DNA of 63,126 bases, filler included, from Craspedostauros australis (Eukaryota): the NCBI GenBank assembly GCA_030167865.1. It is 7 parts of 7 records of this genome, joined end to end, with 100 filler letters (N's around TTAATTAATTAA, not from the genome) between each part and the next. Parts side by side here need not be neighbours in the genome. Positions count along the whole stretch, not along the records: positions 18,629 to 40,756 come from JALAGF010006369.1; 6 more parts are not named here. The stretch is one strand, 5' to 3'. The notes beneath the pieces were generated by a model. The model searched no databases. It saw nothing but the letters and a program-made list of their open reading frames with translations, and was not told the origin of the DNA. Numbering within the stretch: the stretch's first letter is position 1; the number at the start of each line of letters is the position of its first letter. Of this stretch, positions 24,777-36,764 are shown one piece after another. The position numbers and the translations under genes were made by a program.

Positions 24777-26693
24777 TCAGCTGCCCATGCACTTTCCTGC
24801 AATGCCGTCGATGTAAGTTGATCGCTTGGCACCGATCCGTTCCATCGTCATGAGGATGTGCTCCGCACGCTCCCTCTTATCGGCAATACCCGTCGCATTC
24901 GAGAGTGTCTTGAGGATTGCTGCGAATGTGAGCGTATTGGGTCGACAGTCGTGACGGCCGCTGTTTAGCATTTCCTGCAACAGTGCGTCCACACGTTCCA
25001 CAGCGTACGCCGATCGTTTCGGATGATGCTTGGCGCAACGGGACCATGCCTGGATCGTCGCAGTGTACTCGACGACGCTAGGCTCGTATGTCGCGGCGTG
25101 CTTGCTATCGCTTGCGATGGCTTCGGCGTGGATCGTTTTCGACTGCTGCAAGTACGCGTCCGCCTTATCAGCTGCCTCCGGGTGGTTGCTGCGTCCCCAT
25201 GCCGATATCAGGGTCGCGAACACGAAGCGGTCAGGCTGGATGCCGTGCTTGGACTGTATCTCATCAAACAGATCCTCAACACGAGACAGCGCCTGATCAT
25301 CGGATGACTTTCCCCATGCGGACATGACACACGTGAATGATAGGAGGTTGGGCTGGACATGGTGCTCGGCACTCATCCGATGAAGGAGCTGCTCCGCCCG
25401 CTTTGCCGACCCGGCCTTGGTCGAATTCGCCCAGCAGTGCAGCACTGCGGTGTAGCTCACGGCGCTCGGCTGCGGCTCCCATCCCTCCGCCAGTATTGCG
25501 TTGAGGAGCTTCTCGGCTCTCAATGCTCGTCGCGACGCCTTCGAATCGGACCAGGCCGAGAAGACTGCCACGTACATTGCCTCCACGAGAGGAATTGGTC
25601 GATCGCGGTGTTTGCACCACTTTTGAAATTCCAGCAGCAATTCCTCCATCCGATGAACGCCATCGTGCTTGCGGTGGATCCGTAATGTACTGGAGAATGC
25701 CTCCTGGACGATGGCAAGATCGGTAGGTTCAGCATGCGTGCGCTCAGCATCTACGCCATCAAACGATTTCTTGATGTATCGCAGCAAGTCTAAGGACCGG
25801 CGTGGGGCGTCTTTGGCGTTGCCTGACCTTTCCCAACATCTAAGTACGTTGAGATAGCACAACGGTGACGCAACAATGAGGCGATTCTTTTCGTCTTTTC
25901 CGTTTTTGTTGCTGTCGATATTGCTGGTACGTATTCGTCTCATCCCTTTCAATATCTCCTCTGCCTTTGTGAGGGCCAAGGAAGACTTGGATGACGCCCA
26001 TGCAAGTAGCACATGTTCATAGCTCTCCACATCCCGTTCTTCCATTTGCTGTTGAAATAACCGATGCGCCTGTTCTGCATTTGGAACAGATGCCCATGAT
26101 TCCAAGACAAGATTGTAGGTTTGCAACGTCGGTCTTAAGCCATTTCGTTCCATGAAGTCCAGTACACCTTGCGCTCGCTTGGCGCTCGGCGGAGCAAAAT
26201 CAAGCCAACTCTGCGCGGCGGCATGGAAGAAGGCCAACAGACGATCCTCGACGTCCTTTTGACCAACCATGCCACGTTCCTTCAGGATATTGAACAGCGT
26301 TTGCACGATCTGCTCCATCTTCTGCGGTTCCGCATGGTAGTGCTCCAGCTGTGCCTTCACCTGTTCCATGTAGTCGTCGGTTATGGACGGATCATTCCGG
26401 ATGCTCTCCATGAGCGCATTGAGAGAAGCCTCTTCTGCCTCCCATCGAGATGGGCGTTGCTGCGTCGTGAATGGCCGAAGCGAATTGCAGTGCAGCTGGA
26501 GGCTGCGGTTGAGTGGAGCGTTGAGTGGATCGCTGAGTAGAGCGCGTGGATCGCTCATGCAAGCGCGTTCCTGGGAACCTGCATGCGCGCAGTCCAACAT
26601 TGATGGCTTGGGTATCCTCCGCTGCCATGCCAATCGTTGCTGCCACGAAGAAAATGCACGAGGTCTTCGAATTTGCGGCAATGCCTTCCTCAT
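24777..26693 (-). CDS. Pentatricopeptide-repeat (PPR) protein, probably organellar
   Basis: Repeats PTLQTYNLVLESWA, PSAVSYTAVLHCWANS, PNLLSFTCVMSAWGKS, PDRFVFATLISAWGRS, PSVVEYTATIQAWS, PNTLTFAAILKTL. First in-frame ATG at 26693 gives an R-rich presequence-like start. Confidence 0.9.
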   Translation of the reverse strand: MRKALPQIRRPRAFSSWQQRLAWQRRIPKPSMLDCAHAGSQERACMSDPRALLSDPLNAPLNRSLQLHCNSLRPFTTQQRPSRWEAEEASLNALMESIRNDPSITDDYMEQVKAQLEHYHAEPQKMEQIVQTLFNILKERGMVGQKDVEDRLLAFFHAAAQSWLDFAPPSAKRAQGVLDFMERNGLRPTLQTYNLVLESWASVPNAEQAHRLFQQQMEERDVESYEHVLLAWASSKSSLALTKAEEILKGMRRIRTSNIDSNKNGKDEKNRLIVASPLCYLNVLRCWERSGNAKDAPRRSLDLLRYIKKSFDGVDAERTHAEPTDLAIVQEAFSSTLRIHRKHDGVHRMEELLLEFQKWCKHRDRPIPLVEAMYVAVFSAWSDSKASRRALRAEKLLNAILAEGWEPQPSAVSYTAVLHCWANSTKAGSAKRAEQLLHRMSAEHHVQPNLLSFTCVMSAWGKSSDDQALSRVEDLFDEIQSKHGIQPDRFVFATLISAWGRSNHPEAADKADAYLQQSKTIHAEAIASDSKHAATYEPSVVEYTATIQAWSRCAKHHPKRSAYAVERVDALLQEMLNSGRHDCRPNTLTFAAILKTLSNATGIADKRERAEHILMTMERIGAKRSTYIDGIAGKCMGS

Positions 26694-27307
26694 GCTGATG
26701 CTCCTGATATCTCTTGTCGCTCCCGTCGACAGTGGTGGCTCTGTTGATGATGATGATGATGATGATGTTGATGATGGTGCTATGACAAGTTTCGCTGGGT
26801 GGAAGCCCAGATCTGGCAAACAGGCCAAAAATCTTCGGAGGACAGGATCTCACGGCAAAATCTTCGTGGTCTGTACTCGCATGCGCGTGTGGAACCTACC
26901 AACCTGCTCCGCTACGGATGCACTACCACTACTGGAGTACTGCTCGACGCTGCTCTCAGCGCTGGTACCATTCTACGAGTACTGCAGGCCAACAGCTTCC
27001 TTTGGCAGAAACGAAAATGATCAGGGGACGGGAGGTTAATGGTATTGTTGTCCATCTAATACAGGTACTTATTATATATATGATGTGCACATGCGTGCGT
27101 ATGTTCGTGTGTGTGCGCGAGTCAAATAGTAAGTAGGTATGTGTAGATACTCGTGGAGCAGTCATCATTGAATCACATCGCGCAAGTGATGTGTCGTTTC
27201 CCAAAAGGTGCTGTCGATTGTCTGCGCTAGTCGCACTCACGGAGGGTACCCGTTGGTATGCCTTACTGTGAGCACTACAAGCTTTGCCATCCTCTATGTC
27301 TCTCTCT

Positions 27308-29142
27308 CTAGAAGCAGTCGGTACAGCAGTTGAGCGAACACTGCACCTTCGCCTTGCAGTCGCTGGTGAGTGCGAGCCTATCATATCCAGATCCGCGCAC
27401 GTTATCGCAGATGCCTTGGGGCATGCTCCCTGAAAGGTTGTTGCCGTAGACTTCGAAAACTTCAAGCTCGCTCAGGTTCTCCATCTCAGCTGGAATCTTT
27501 CCCGTGAGCTTGTTCATGAAGAGCCAGACACGGCGCAGCTCGGAGAGGTTGCCCATCTCAGTCGGGATTGGTCCTCCGAGGGTTGTGGAGTTGGTGATGG
27601 AAAGGGAAGCAAGCGTTCCGATGGTTCCAATCTCGGTTGGGATCTGACCAGAGATCTTGTTGTTGTCGAGCCACACAGCGACTGCATGCAAAAGAAAAAC
27701 GACGACAGCGGAGTTGAGTCGAGCACCAAAAATTGAGATCGACGGCAACGGCAACAGTGATGAAAGCAAAATCGAATGTTGTTGAATCGAGCAAATTGGA
27801 GCAGATTGGAGAAGAGCAAGACGAGATGGGTTAGGGAGGCCCGAATGATGCGAGGAAAAAGAGAAAGCAGTCAATCAGAGACAGAGATAGAGCGCAGCAA
27901 AGGCAATTCCATGTCGACTGCGAATGAAGACAAGCATGACGGCCACGATGCAAAAATCTCAGTCAATTCCTGACATGCGAGAGTGAATGGGCACTTACAG
28001 AGATTGACCAAGGTGCCTGCCTTCAAAAAGTCGAGATTGATGGTCATGTCGTTGCGTCGCATGTACAGGTAGACGAGGTTGGTCATCTCGACGATGGCTG
28101 GGGGCATGTCTCCCTCGAAGTAGTTCGATTCGATCTCGAGATGCTCAAGGTTCTTCCATGCCTTGAAGACTTCGTTGGCCTTGGTGAGGTCGCCTTCCAG
28201 CAGGTTGTAGCTCAAGCGAACCTTGATGAGGCTGGTGAGCTTGCGGAACTGCCACGGGAGGCCGTTGTTGAAGGTTTGCAGGAAGTTGTCGTCCATGAAG
28301 AAGATCTCGAGGTTGACGAAGGTCTCGAAGACGTCGTACATGGAGTGCTGCATGTGGATGAAGTTGGAGGTGAGGTCGAGCTCGACGATGCTCTTGCCGA
28401 CGAGGGACAGCTCGATCGGCAGGGATCCGGTGAGGCCGTTCTCCTCCAGCTTGATTTTGGTCACCTCCTTGTTGCCGGCGCATTCGATGCCCTTCCACTC
28501 GCAGGTGTGCTCCTCAGACAGCCAGAGGTAGGCATCCGTCCACGGAGCGAAGCCGTCGTCGCCTTCGCCTATCATGGCGTTCTCCTTGTAGTTGGTGGCG
28601 TAGTAGAATGTGGCGAGGGCGTACCGTTGCGTGAGGTCCTTGGTGGAGAGGCTGTCCCACGTCTTGTCGGAGGCGAGCCACCAGTAAGCGAGCTTCTGCG
28701 GTGTGGTGCCCGTGGAATCGTCCTTCACAGCGTCATTGGGCATGTCGTTGTCTTCGTAGATAGCGAGGAGCTTGACGAGCAATTCGTCCAGCACCACCTC
28801 GTCGAGGGTGGCGGGGTCGACGACGATCGGCGGCTGTGTGACTGGTGCTCTTTCTGTGGCAGCCGGTGCCTTGGAGGAGGACGATTTCTTGGAGCCTCCG
28901 CCTGCAACGCTGACGACGATGATCAGGACTCCGAGAAGGATGCCGACGAGCAGGAGGAACCACTTGTTCGCTCTCAGCAAGGCCATGATCCGGTTGCGGC
29001 GGTAGTGCACCTTGCCGCTGCCGAGGTTGTCCTGGTTGTGCAGGTTGTCATCGCCCTCGGGGAAGTCCTTGGTGGCGTAGTCGGCGCTGTAGTCGGCCAC
29101 ATCCTCCAGCTGGAGATCGTTGACGTCGTTCGAATCGATCAT
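27308..29142 (-). CDS. Type II membrane LRR protein, paralog of 19525-21621; exons 29142-27999 and 27681-27308
   Basis: TM FLLLVGILLGVLIIVVSV, PQKLAYWWL..QRYALATFYYAT..CEWKGIEC cap, LRRs, C-cap SDC..CSLNCCTDCF. Intron GTAAGT (27998) to ATGCAG (27682) restores NLFAVWLDNN. Confidence 0.9.
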
Positions 29143-31237
29143 GGTCGGATGCAGTTTTGCTATCGCTTGTTTCTTGCTTGGTTTGTGCTCTGATGTTGTT
29201 GTTTGTTTCTTGTTTCTTGTTTCTTGTTTGCCGTTTCGTCGTTCTGCGATGTGCTGTTGCTGTCGTTGTCGTTGTTGCGGCTGCCAGTGCTATTGCTTCT
29301 CCCGATCGTGCTTAATTATAATCTCTTGCGGTCAGATTCGAATCGAGTCCTTCTGTTCTGATTGCTGCATTGTTCTGCGGGTGCGTTGCGGCAAGAAGTC
29401 AAGCGCAATCACTCCGTTTGGTTTGGTGAGATGTGTGTGTTGTCGTGGTTGGATTCCGTCTGTGGTCGCCTCTTGGTGCACCTTCCAGCTTGGCTCTGGT
29501 GTGGATCCGAGCGGAAGGACCAGCGCTTCCGTGAATGTTTCACGCATGGAGACCTGGAGGCAGCTCCGCTTGACTTTTTTGTCATTGACTCACATTATTG
29601 TGGCGCACCGTTACCTAACGGATCGGTTTTGGCGCTTCAGGTGTGCCATGTGTATTGCGACCAATGATAGAATAGAATCCTCAACACTGAATACTTTCAT
29701 TGACTTGCAGGCGTTTGCATCACACACGAAAACACGCGATTTCAGTTTTCTTCTGCCACCACACGAGAAGACGAATCCTCTTGTCACATCGAGCCACGGA
29801 AGCGAATCAGAGTTCAGACTCACAAAGGGGGTGGGCGCGGCTTGCTCTTGGGGCGGCTGGCGTTACCAACCAATCAAATGGCACAACATCCATCACTGGT
29901 TGGAGCAAGCCATCCCGCTCAAAGACCAATCGAGGGGAGTTTGGGTGCTTTGTCCTGGACTTTGTTTCGCTTTGGATTTGCAGCACTTTCTCAGAAACGG
30001 TGGTCCTCCCTCCTCAAGCGGCATTGTGCATGTGTGAAGGCTGAAACTCAACCGGATGGAGTCGTATGAACAAATAAATGTACTAATATCCCTTGACGAC
30101 CTGAGCCTAATGCCCACATTATGGACAATAAACTGACACAGGTTATTTTTGAACACATTTTCCCTACCAGGGCCCACATGAAAACTAAGTGTGTACCTCT
30201 CACAGTTGGTGTTATTGTGTGATTTCATTGAATTCGTGTTGCTGGCGAGTTCAGCTCTTTCCGCCACAAGTGTTCAAGTTTTCTATGCAGATAGTTGGAA
30301 TTCAATAAGGGACAGACTACCTCCAACTGATACACAGGCTTCGGGTGTTATTGTGCCTGGCACACGATGTTGTTGACATACCCATGGGCCTGACAATGGA
30401 CAGTCAGTTCGCAAGGCCCTCACACAGGAGGAGACGCAAAGCCATCCATCTCTTGCCCTCATAATATCTCCGATCCTCATCCTACCCACAGTATAGCATC
30501 ATAGCATCAACACTATCACATACAGATGCTGACAGATGTTCTTACTCAGGTACATCACTGTCTCGAAAAATTGGCCCAAAGTCCACAAGAGCCTTGTGTC
30601 TCAATCTTGCACCATCACCAAACATGATTCATAGGAATGGCCACACCGCAGAGATATACGCATGTCACCCTGCCTCTTCGCTCAAGCGATTGCCGCTCAA
30701 GCCCTGTGGATGACAATACAAACGACGGCCCAAAATATGTCAGAGGTGCATTCCATGAAGTGTTCCAGGATGTATGCATCGTGAGATCAAGTTCCACTGG
30801 AACATATTATATTATGTATGGTTTGGAGGCCAATAAAAAAGTGCAAGTCCACTCACTTGGGGCCTCATGTGACATGTAGTACTAAACCTGTGGGATATGA
30901 TACTGATGAGATGGTATTTCGAGCTCGGTTTGAATCAGTGTGATCCAACTGTTCGAAGTCTGGTATTGCGAACACCCATTGACCAATCCGAACGCACACA
31001 TTTTCCTTCGACAGCAAACAACAAAAACGAACAGTCGACCATGACCAGATCGCGACGGAAATTGGAGAGATTGGACAACAAGATGGGTACGCAGCAGGTA
31101 GCGATCGGAGCAACGTTGACGACAACAGGAACAACACCAACAACACCAACAACAGCGACGAAGACAGCTCCCCACAGCATCATCAGCGATCGAAAGCACC
31201 GCAAAGCCCTTGCACATTTGCACACACAGCCCACGAA

Positions 31238-31876
31238 ATGTCGTTCGCAGCCTCAAGACAGATTGCCACACGGGCCTTGGCCCAAGCTTCCCGCGGAGGC
31301 CAGCGCCGCACCATCATTGACTATCTCACCAACTACCCAGACAAGGTCAGTTCATGGAGAGCGGCAACATCGTTCTCGTTTGTCGTTGCAGTCGCCTTGG
31401 CTTGAATTACTCTGTGTCCTTGTGCCTTCGTTGGTTTTATTGTGAACAGCGAGATTCTTGCCAATTCACACCCTCACATCTCCACGCTCATCTCTTCCCA
31501 AGCGTCTCCTCCGCCTTGCTATATCTGTGTGCTTGTTCGATTGCTCGCTTTCTTTCCTCCTCCCACAACACGCGCGTTCCTCCGGCGGGGTCAACATCAC
31601 ACTGCACTGCTCTGCACTGCACTGGATGGGCAACGAACGATTACCGACACCCGGGATTTCATTCTCCTGCCAACCCGAAACGATGCACAGGTCAATGAGA
31701 TGAAGAAGATCCAGTGCGCCGGAGGAGTCCGACTCGGAGAGAAGAACCCAACCTGGCTGAAGCAGCCAACTGACAAGTTCGTCGCTGGTATTGGCTTCCT
31801 CCTCGGCTTCGTTGGAACCACTCGCATCGCCATCGGAATGTGGCGATTGGCCACCGGAAAGGGAAAGATCGATTAA
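31238..31876 (+). CDS. Cytochrome c oxidase subunit VIIa-like small protein (97 aa); exons 31238-31345 and 31691-31876
   Basis: Spliced product MSFAASRQIATRALAQASRGGQRRTIIDYLTNYPDK|VNEMKKIQ..PTWLKQPTDKFV-TM-GMWRLATGKGKID: mitochondrial presequence plus COX7a-type KV.E..K.Q/T.LK..DK motif. GTCAGT/CACAG splice sites. Confidence 0.75.
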
Positions 31877-32375
31877 GGCCATTCTTGGCTTCGTCCGTTC
31901 GATACACCCTGTAACTCAGTTCCTGAAACATGAACGCAGCGTGTCGGAAGACGAGCTCTTCTTGTGCTGTCCATTCCGGCGAGTTCCGTGGGCAAGTTCT
32001 GGGGTAGAAGTTGGTAGAGTACGAGTGGAGACATCCGGGTGCATACGCGTTGGAGTATTCAAACCGCTCTCGAATTCTAAGACTCTAGAAGCGTCCTCTG
32101 CTGTGATCCTACTCAGATTTTACCATGCGCAAGTAAGCAACACACTGGCAATGCTTCGTTATGGAAGTGTCAGCAAGATTTACCACGAGCATGGCGCTTA
32201 CGTACATACGCTCGCGCTCGCACTTGCCACGGAGGTCCACAGCACTCGGGTGTTATTCCATGAACGCTCGTATTCGATGCTGACGCCGACACTGGACAGG
32301 TCACGCAACATCGATGCATTGTAACGAACCTGCGCTTGTATATTGTGCTACTAGTACTCGCAGAGCAGAACAGGG

Positions 32376-33646
32376 TTAACGTTTCTTTTCATCGAAGATA
32401 TCTTCCAGCGATTGGTTCTGTGGTTCCTGCCAGTCTTTCCGTTCCTTGATCATCCCTCTGAACTCTCGATTGTGCTGGCCCTGATCCTGCTCTCCCTCTG
32501 GCACCTCCTCCCAGAAGGGATGCTCCTCCAACGGCGGCTCTGGTGGCATCTCTTCGGCATGCCCGAATCGGTTGTACTTCATCATTGCTTCGATGACCTG
32601 CTCCTTGTGCTCTCTCCTTCTGTAGCAAAAATAGTACGATGGTACCATGACCACCATGACAGTGCCGAAGAAAAAATGGCCCGCCACCAACGGTCTTGAT
32701 CCCATTCGCAATCGATGCCTATTCACAACCAACGCATGCAAAGTCACCCAGAGCGACGCAACAAAGTGTGTGGGTGTTGTGTAGTTATAAATGTCGCCCA
32801 GTCGAGAAGCGTTCCGGTCCAGCAAAAACAAGGGTATTGTGAGATCATGGCTGTTTTGTTTGCGAAAGAATGTCGGCGCGACAATGGAGGACCATTCTTC
32901 TCTTGTTCCTCGCAAGCCTTCAAGTTGCACCCGCACAATCACAATCACAATCGCAGCCACAATCACGCGCATGCTTTCCGTCAACATAACAGTCGCAATT
33001 GCGATCAAATGCCGCTCGGCAAGACAAGCGAAAACTTACAGACCCATTGCCGTTGCTGTTGCGATTCCCCACATTCCTCTGCGAGCGTAAGTTATTGTAC
33101 ATCCATTTGGTGGAACAGTGTGCGTATGGGGATGGATATCATGTGATGATGGCATTTGATGGTCATGAAGATGATGTTGGCGGGATTGCGAGGGTAAGTT
33201 GAATCGATGAAGCAACGAGACAGTGGGATGACATTGCATTATGTTGCGTTGCGAGTGCAAAATGGATTCGGAGGGTCAAGTCGTTACCTCAGCGTCTCGC
33301 CGGAGACCATCCATACAATGCATGGGATCCCCTCAGGATCCGCCATAACCAGTAGGAGTGTTCGTGTCCGGGCAACACCGTACCCGTCCGCAGCATGCTA
33401 TTGTGGAATTTTCCAGGATGCGTGTATAACACTCGTAGCGGTCCAACATCCAACTTACCCTTCACGCACGCACCAACGGTACGATGATTGTCGGACCGCT
33501 TCGCGGATGCCAAGTGTTTCCGGAAGGTACCTCGTCCATTTCGCCGTCTCCAAAGGCTCGCGGGGGGTTCCTTTCACCAGACCCGACGGCCCTGGATTGG
33601 CATCAAATACCGTTGACGACGGTCCTTGTTGTTGTTCTGACACCAT
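32376..33646 (-). CDS. COX20: COX20/FAM36A-like cytochrome c oxidase assembly factor (189 aa); exons 33646-33459, 33078-33040, 32718-32376
   Basis: Spliced ...RWCVREGGMWGIATATAMGLHRLRMGSRPLVAGHFFFGTVMVVMVPSYYFCYRRREHKEQ has two TMs bracketed by CxR and YxCxxxR as in COX20. Both donors are GTAAGT and phases are consistent. Confidence 0.7.
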
Positions 33647-34536
33647 CTCTCTGTTTGTACTCGTGTGCCTGGTGTGTTTGGTATGGTAGGTATGGCACGC
33701 CTTCTGCCTGCGCCTTCCTGGACTTGCGTCCGATTGTGGTTGAAGCACGAACACCTGTACTCGTACGAGTATGGCAGAACTGGGATGTGCAAGCAACGAG
33801 GACTCCAGGCTGATTCCTGTGAGGGTATTATGTTTGGTGCTTCTCTCTGTCTCTCTCGGTCGAACGAACTCTGATAGTGATCTACGCTCAACGAGAAATG
33901 GACGAGTAGCAATCAATCAACTGGCGAGGTTCCCCTCTGTCAGTGCGGATGCGAGTGTGTGTTCTGGAGAAAGGATGAGGGTGAAGAGACCAATCTCCAC
34001 GCTCTCTCTCTCTCTGTCTCTCGTAGTTAGTTGTACACGGCCATCTTCCTCTTTGGCTCCATTGGTGCCATCACATGATGTGGTTGTTCCCATCATCAAG
34101 CAACGACACTTTTTGGCTCGTTCTCGGCTCAATCCTCCGGGTCGATGAAAACTCTTGCGTTTCAATCAAACGAGTCCAACGAAGAACGGATTCGTCCTCG
34201 TCTGTCTGTCACGCGTTGTTCTTCGCATTCTTCTCCCTTCTTGCCGGAGGGCGAACATCTGCCCAATCGGATTCCCGTGGCATTTCTCCCAACTTCGCCA
34301 CAACACACGCAACCAACGACACGAGAACACAAAACCGAACAAGAAAGGATCTTCCCGTTTGTGGTCGCGGAGGAGCGCGGAGTCCAGAGCGCAGAGCTCA
34401 AGAAGAGCCACCCTTGGGACATCCAACCGAACCAGGATTGCAACACACCAGCATTGACTGACCACCATAACAACAATCCAATCCACCATCCCTCAAAGAT
34501 AGCAGCATCAGACGCAGCAGCAACGGTAACAGCAAG

Positions 34537-36392
34537 ATGACGTCCATGATTTCCAAACTCAGGCACGCAGGCTCGGCATTGGCCAAGCAAAAAGGAATGC
34601 TGTCCCGAAGTGCGCGGGCTTCATCATGCCACTTCGTGCAGAGCGTGCACCAAGCGACATTCGTTGCCGGTGTTACGCCTTCTGCGCAGATGCCGACCAG
34701 GAGCTTCCACGTTCCCTCGGCTCCGCTGTCGATGCCAATCAAAACCATTGATGTACGTGCGCTGCTGTCAATAGGACTAATACATGGGATGCTGCAAGAA
34801 AACCTACGCGAATAGTACGCGCTGTGCGATGCGATGCGTGGGAACTGCCATCACGGTGACCTTGGTTGGTGACGATACCCATTGGATGAGACTGGGAAGC
34901 GCTTACCCGTATCTGCTGCGTGAGGGGCACAGATGACTTCAGCACGGAGATCTTGGCGACGTCGAGCTGCCGACGTCGATGCATCATCAACAACGTCGGC
35001 ATCAGCAGCACGAAATACATTCCACTGCCTTGCTTCAGCACATATCAGTACATATCCGCATCTCACGCTCCAAGCTTGATCTCCTTTTTCATTTCGTTCT
35101 GGCCTACTCTGCGATATTACCATGCTGCCGTGTTGCCATGTGCTACGCCCAACATGCCAATTCAAATTGGAATTCACATTCAATTTCTCTTTGTTTTCTT
35201 CCACACTATTTTGCTGCGCTTTGCCCGCTCGTCAACCCAGGTCCCTTCACTTGGAGATAGCATCACGGAAGGCACCATCGTCGACTTGCCAGTGGCACCG
35301 GGAGAATACGTGCAGACAGACGACGTGGTCGTTGTCTTGGAAACTGACAAGGTGTCTGTTGACATCAACGCACCAGAAGGTGGGCTGTTGGTGGAGGTGC
35401 TCGGCGAGGTGGACGACGTCGTTGAGGTGGGATCTGGACTTTTCCGACTGGACACGGACGCCGATGCTCCAGAAATCGCACCGACCCCAGTCGCCGAGCA
35501 ATCGGACAGCCTAACTCTGGAGCCGGATGCGGAGAGCGAGGCGCCGGCCGCTGCTGCAGCTGCAGGCCAAGCCGCTGTGCCACCTACTCCCGTGGCAGCC
35601 GATGCCGGCAAAGCGGCCGCGCCACCGAAACCTGCATCGTCAGGAACCCCACCAGCGGTCGACGGTCCCGCCTTTTTGGGAGCACGGACAGAGCGCCGCA
35701 CCAAGATGTCCAGAATGCGCCAACGCGTTGCTGCTCGGTTGAAGGATGCGCAGAACACAGCCGCCATGCTGACCACATTCCAGGAGTGCGACATGGGTAA
35801 CCTCATGGAGATGCGCAAGCGTCATCAAGATGCCTTCACCGCCAAGTACGGTATCAAGCTTGGATTCATGTCGGCCTTCGTCCAAGCCGCCACAGCCGCG
35901 TTGCAGGAAGTCCCCGCCGTGAACGCCTACATCGACGACAAGACGAATGAAATTGTGTACCGTGAGTACATCGACATTTCGGTGGCCGTCGCGAGCCCGA
36001 CAGGACTCGTCGTCCCAGTGCTTCGGAACACGGAGACGATGTCATTCGCGGACGTCGAGAGGAACATCGGAATGTACGCCACGAAGGCCAAGGAAGGCAA
36101 GCTGAGTCTTGATGACATGGCTGGTGGAACCTTCACCATCTCGAATGGAGGAGTATTCGGATCCTTGATGGGAACCCCGATCATCAACCCGCCACAGTCG
36201 GCTATCTTGGGAATGCACGCAACCAAGATGCGACCGGTCGTGAACGACAAGGGCGACGTCGTCGCGAGACCCATGATGTACCTTGCCCTCACCTATGACC
36301 ATCGATTGATCGATGGCAGAGAGGGTGTCACCTTCCTCAAGAGCATCGCAGACAAGATCTCTGACCCAACCAAGCTCTTGTTGGATGTCTAA
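34537..36392 (+). CDS. DLST: Dihydrolipoamide succinyltransferase (E2 of 2-oxoglutarate dehydrogenase), mitochondrial; exons 34537-34752 and 35241-36392
   Basis: Presequence, lipoyl domain [18 protein letters not shown], Ala/Pro linker, [39 protein letters not shown], catalytic DHRLIDG. Confidence 0.96.
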
Positions 36393-36764
36393 CTCCGAAA
36401 TGCCAATGGTCGGCGAAGGTGCCCGTACTGTTGCGTATTGGCACGTGGATAACCGTGCAGACAGAACAATGAATCAAGTGTTGCAGGGCATGGCACGGCA
36501 TGGTATGGTATGTCAGCAGTTGGAAGCAACCCAAGATGCTCCAGATCTACACACTCATCCCACTCAACCTCGGATCAGCATTGCGGACAAATATTCAAGC
36601 AGGGAGTTCATGTAGAGTACTACTCATGCAGAGTCACAATACCAGAACCCGAAAAAACGAAACAAACGATAACACTAGAAAAACACAAAAACGAAACACA
36701 TCAACAAAGATCAGTACTCAAACTACAGCGAATTCTACGTAACTCGAAAGATACCAACCTGACC

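Noticed and set aside
28141..29193. 350-aa plus-strand ORF and similar long antisense ORFs (19813-20574, 23022-23660, 44151-44762)
   Set aside because: Antisense shadows of real genes with biased codon usage; no recognisable motifs.
29120..30037. 305-aa Cys-rich ORF
   Set aside because: Translation of the TG-rich antisense of the LRR gene leader and promoter.
34920..35240. Hydrophobic N-terminal extension of DLST in the ORF track
   Set aside because: It lies inside the intron 34753-35240. The true N-terminus is exon 34537-34752.
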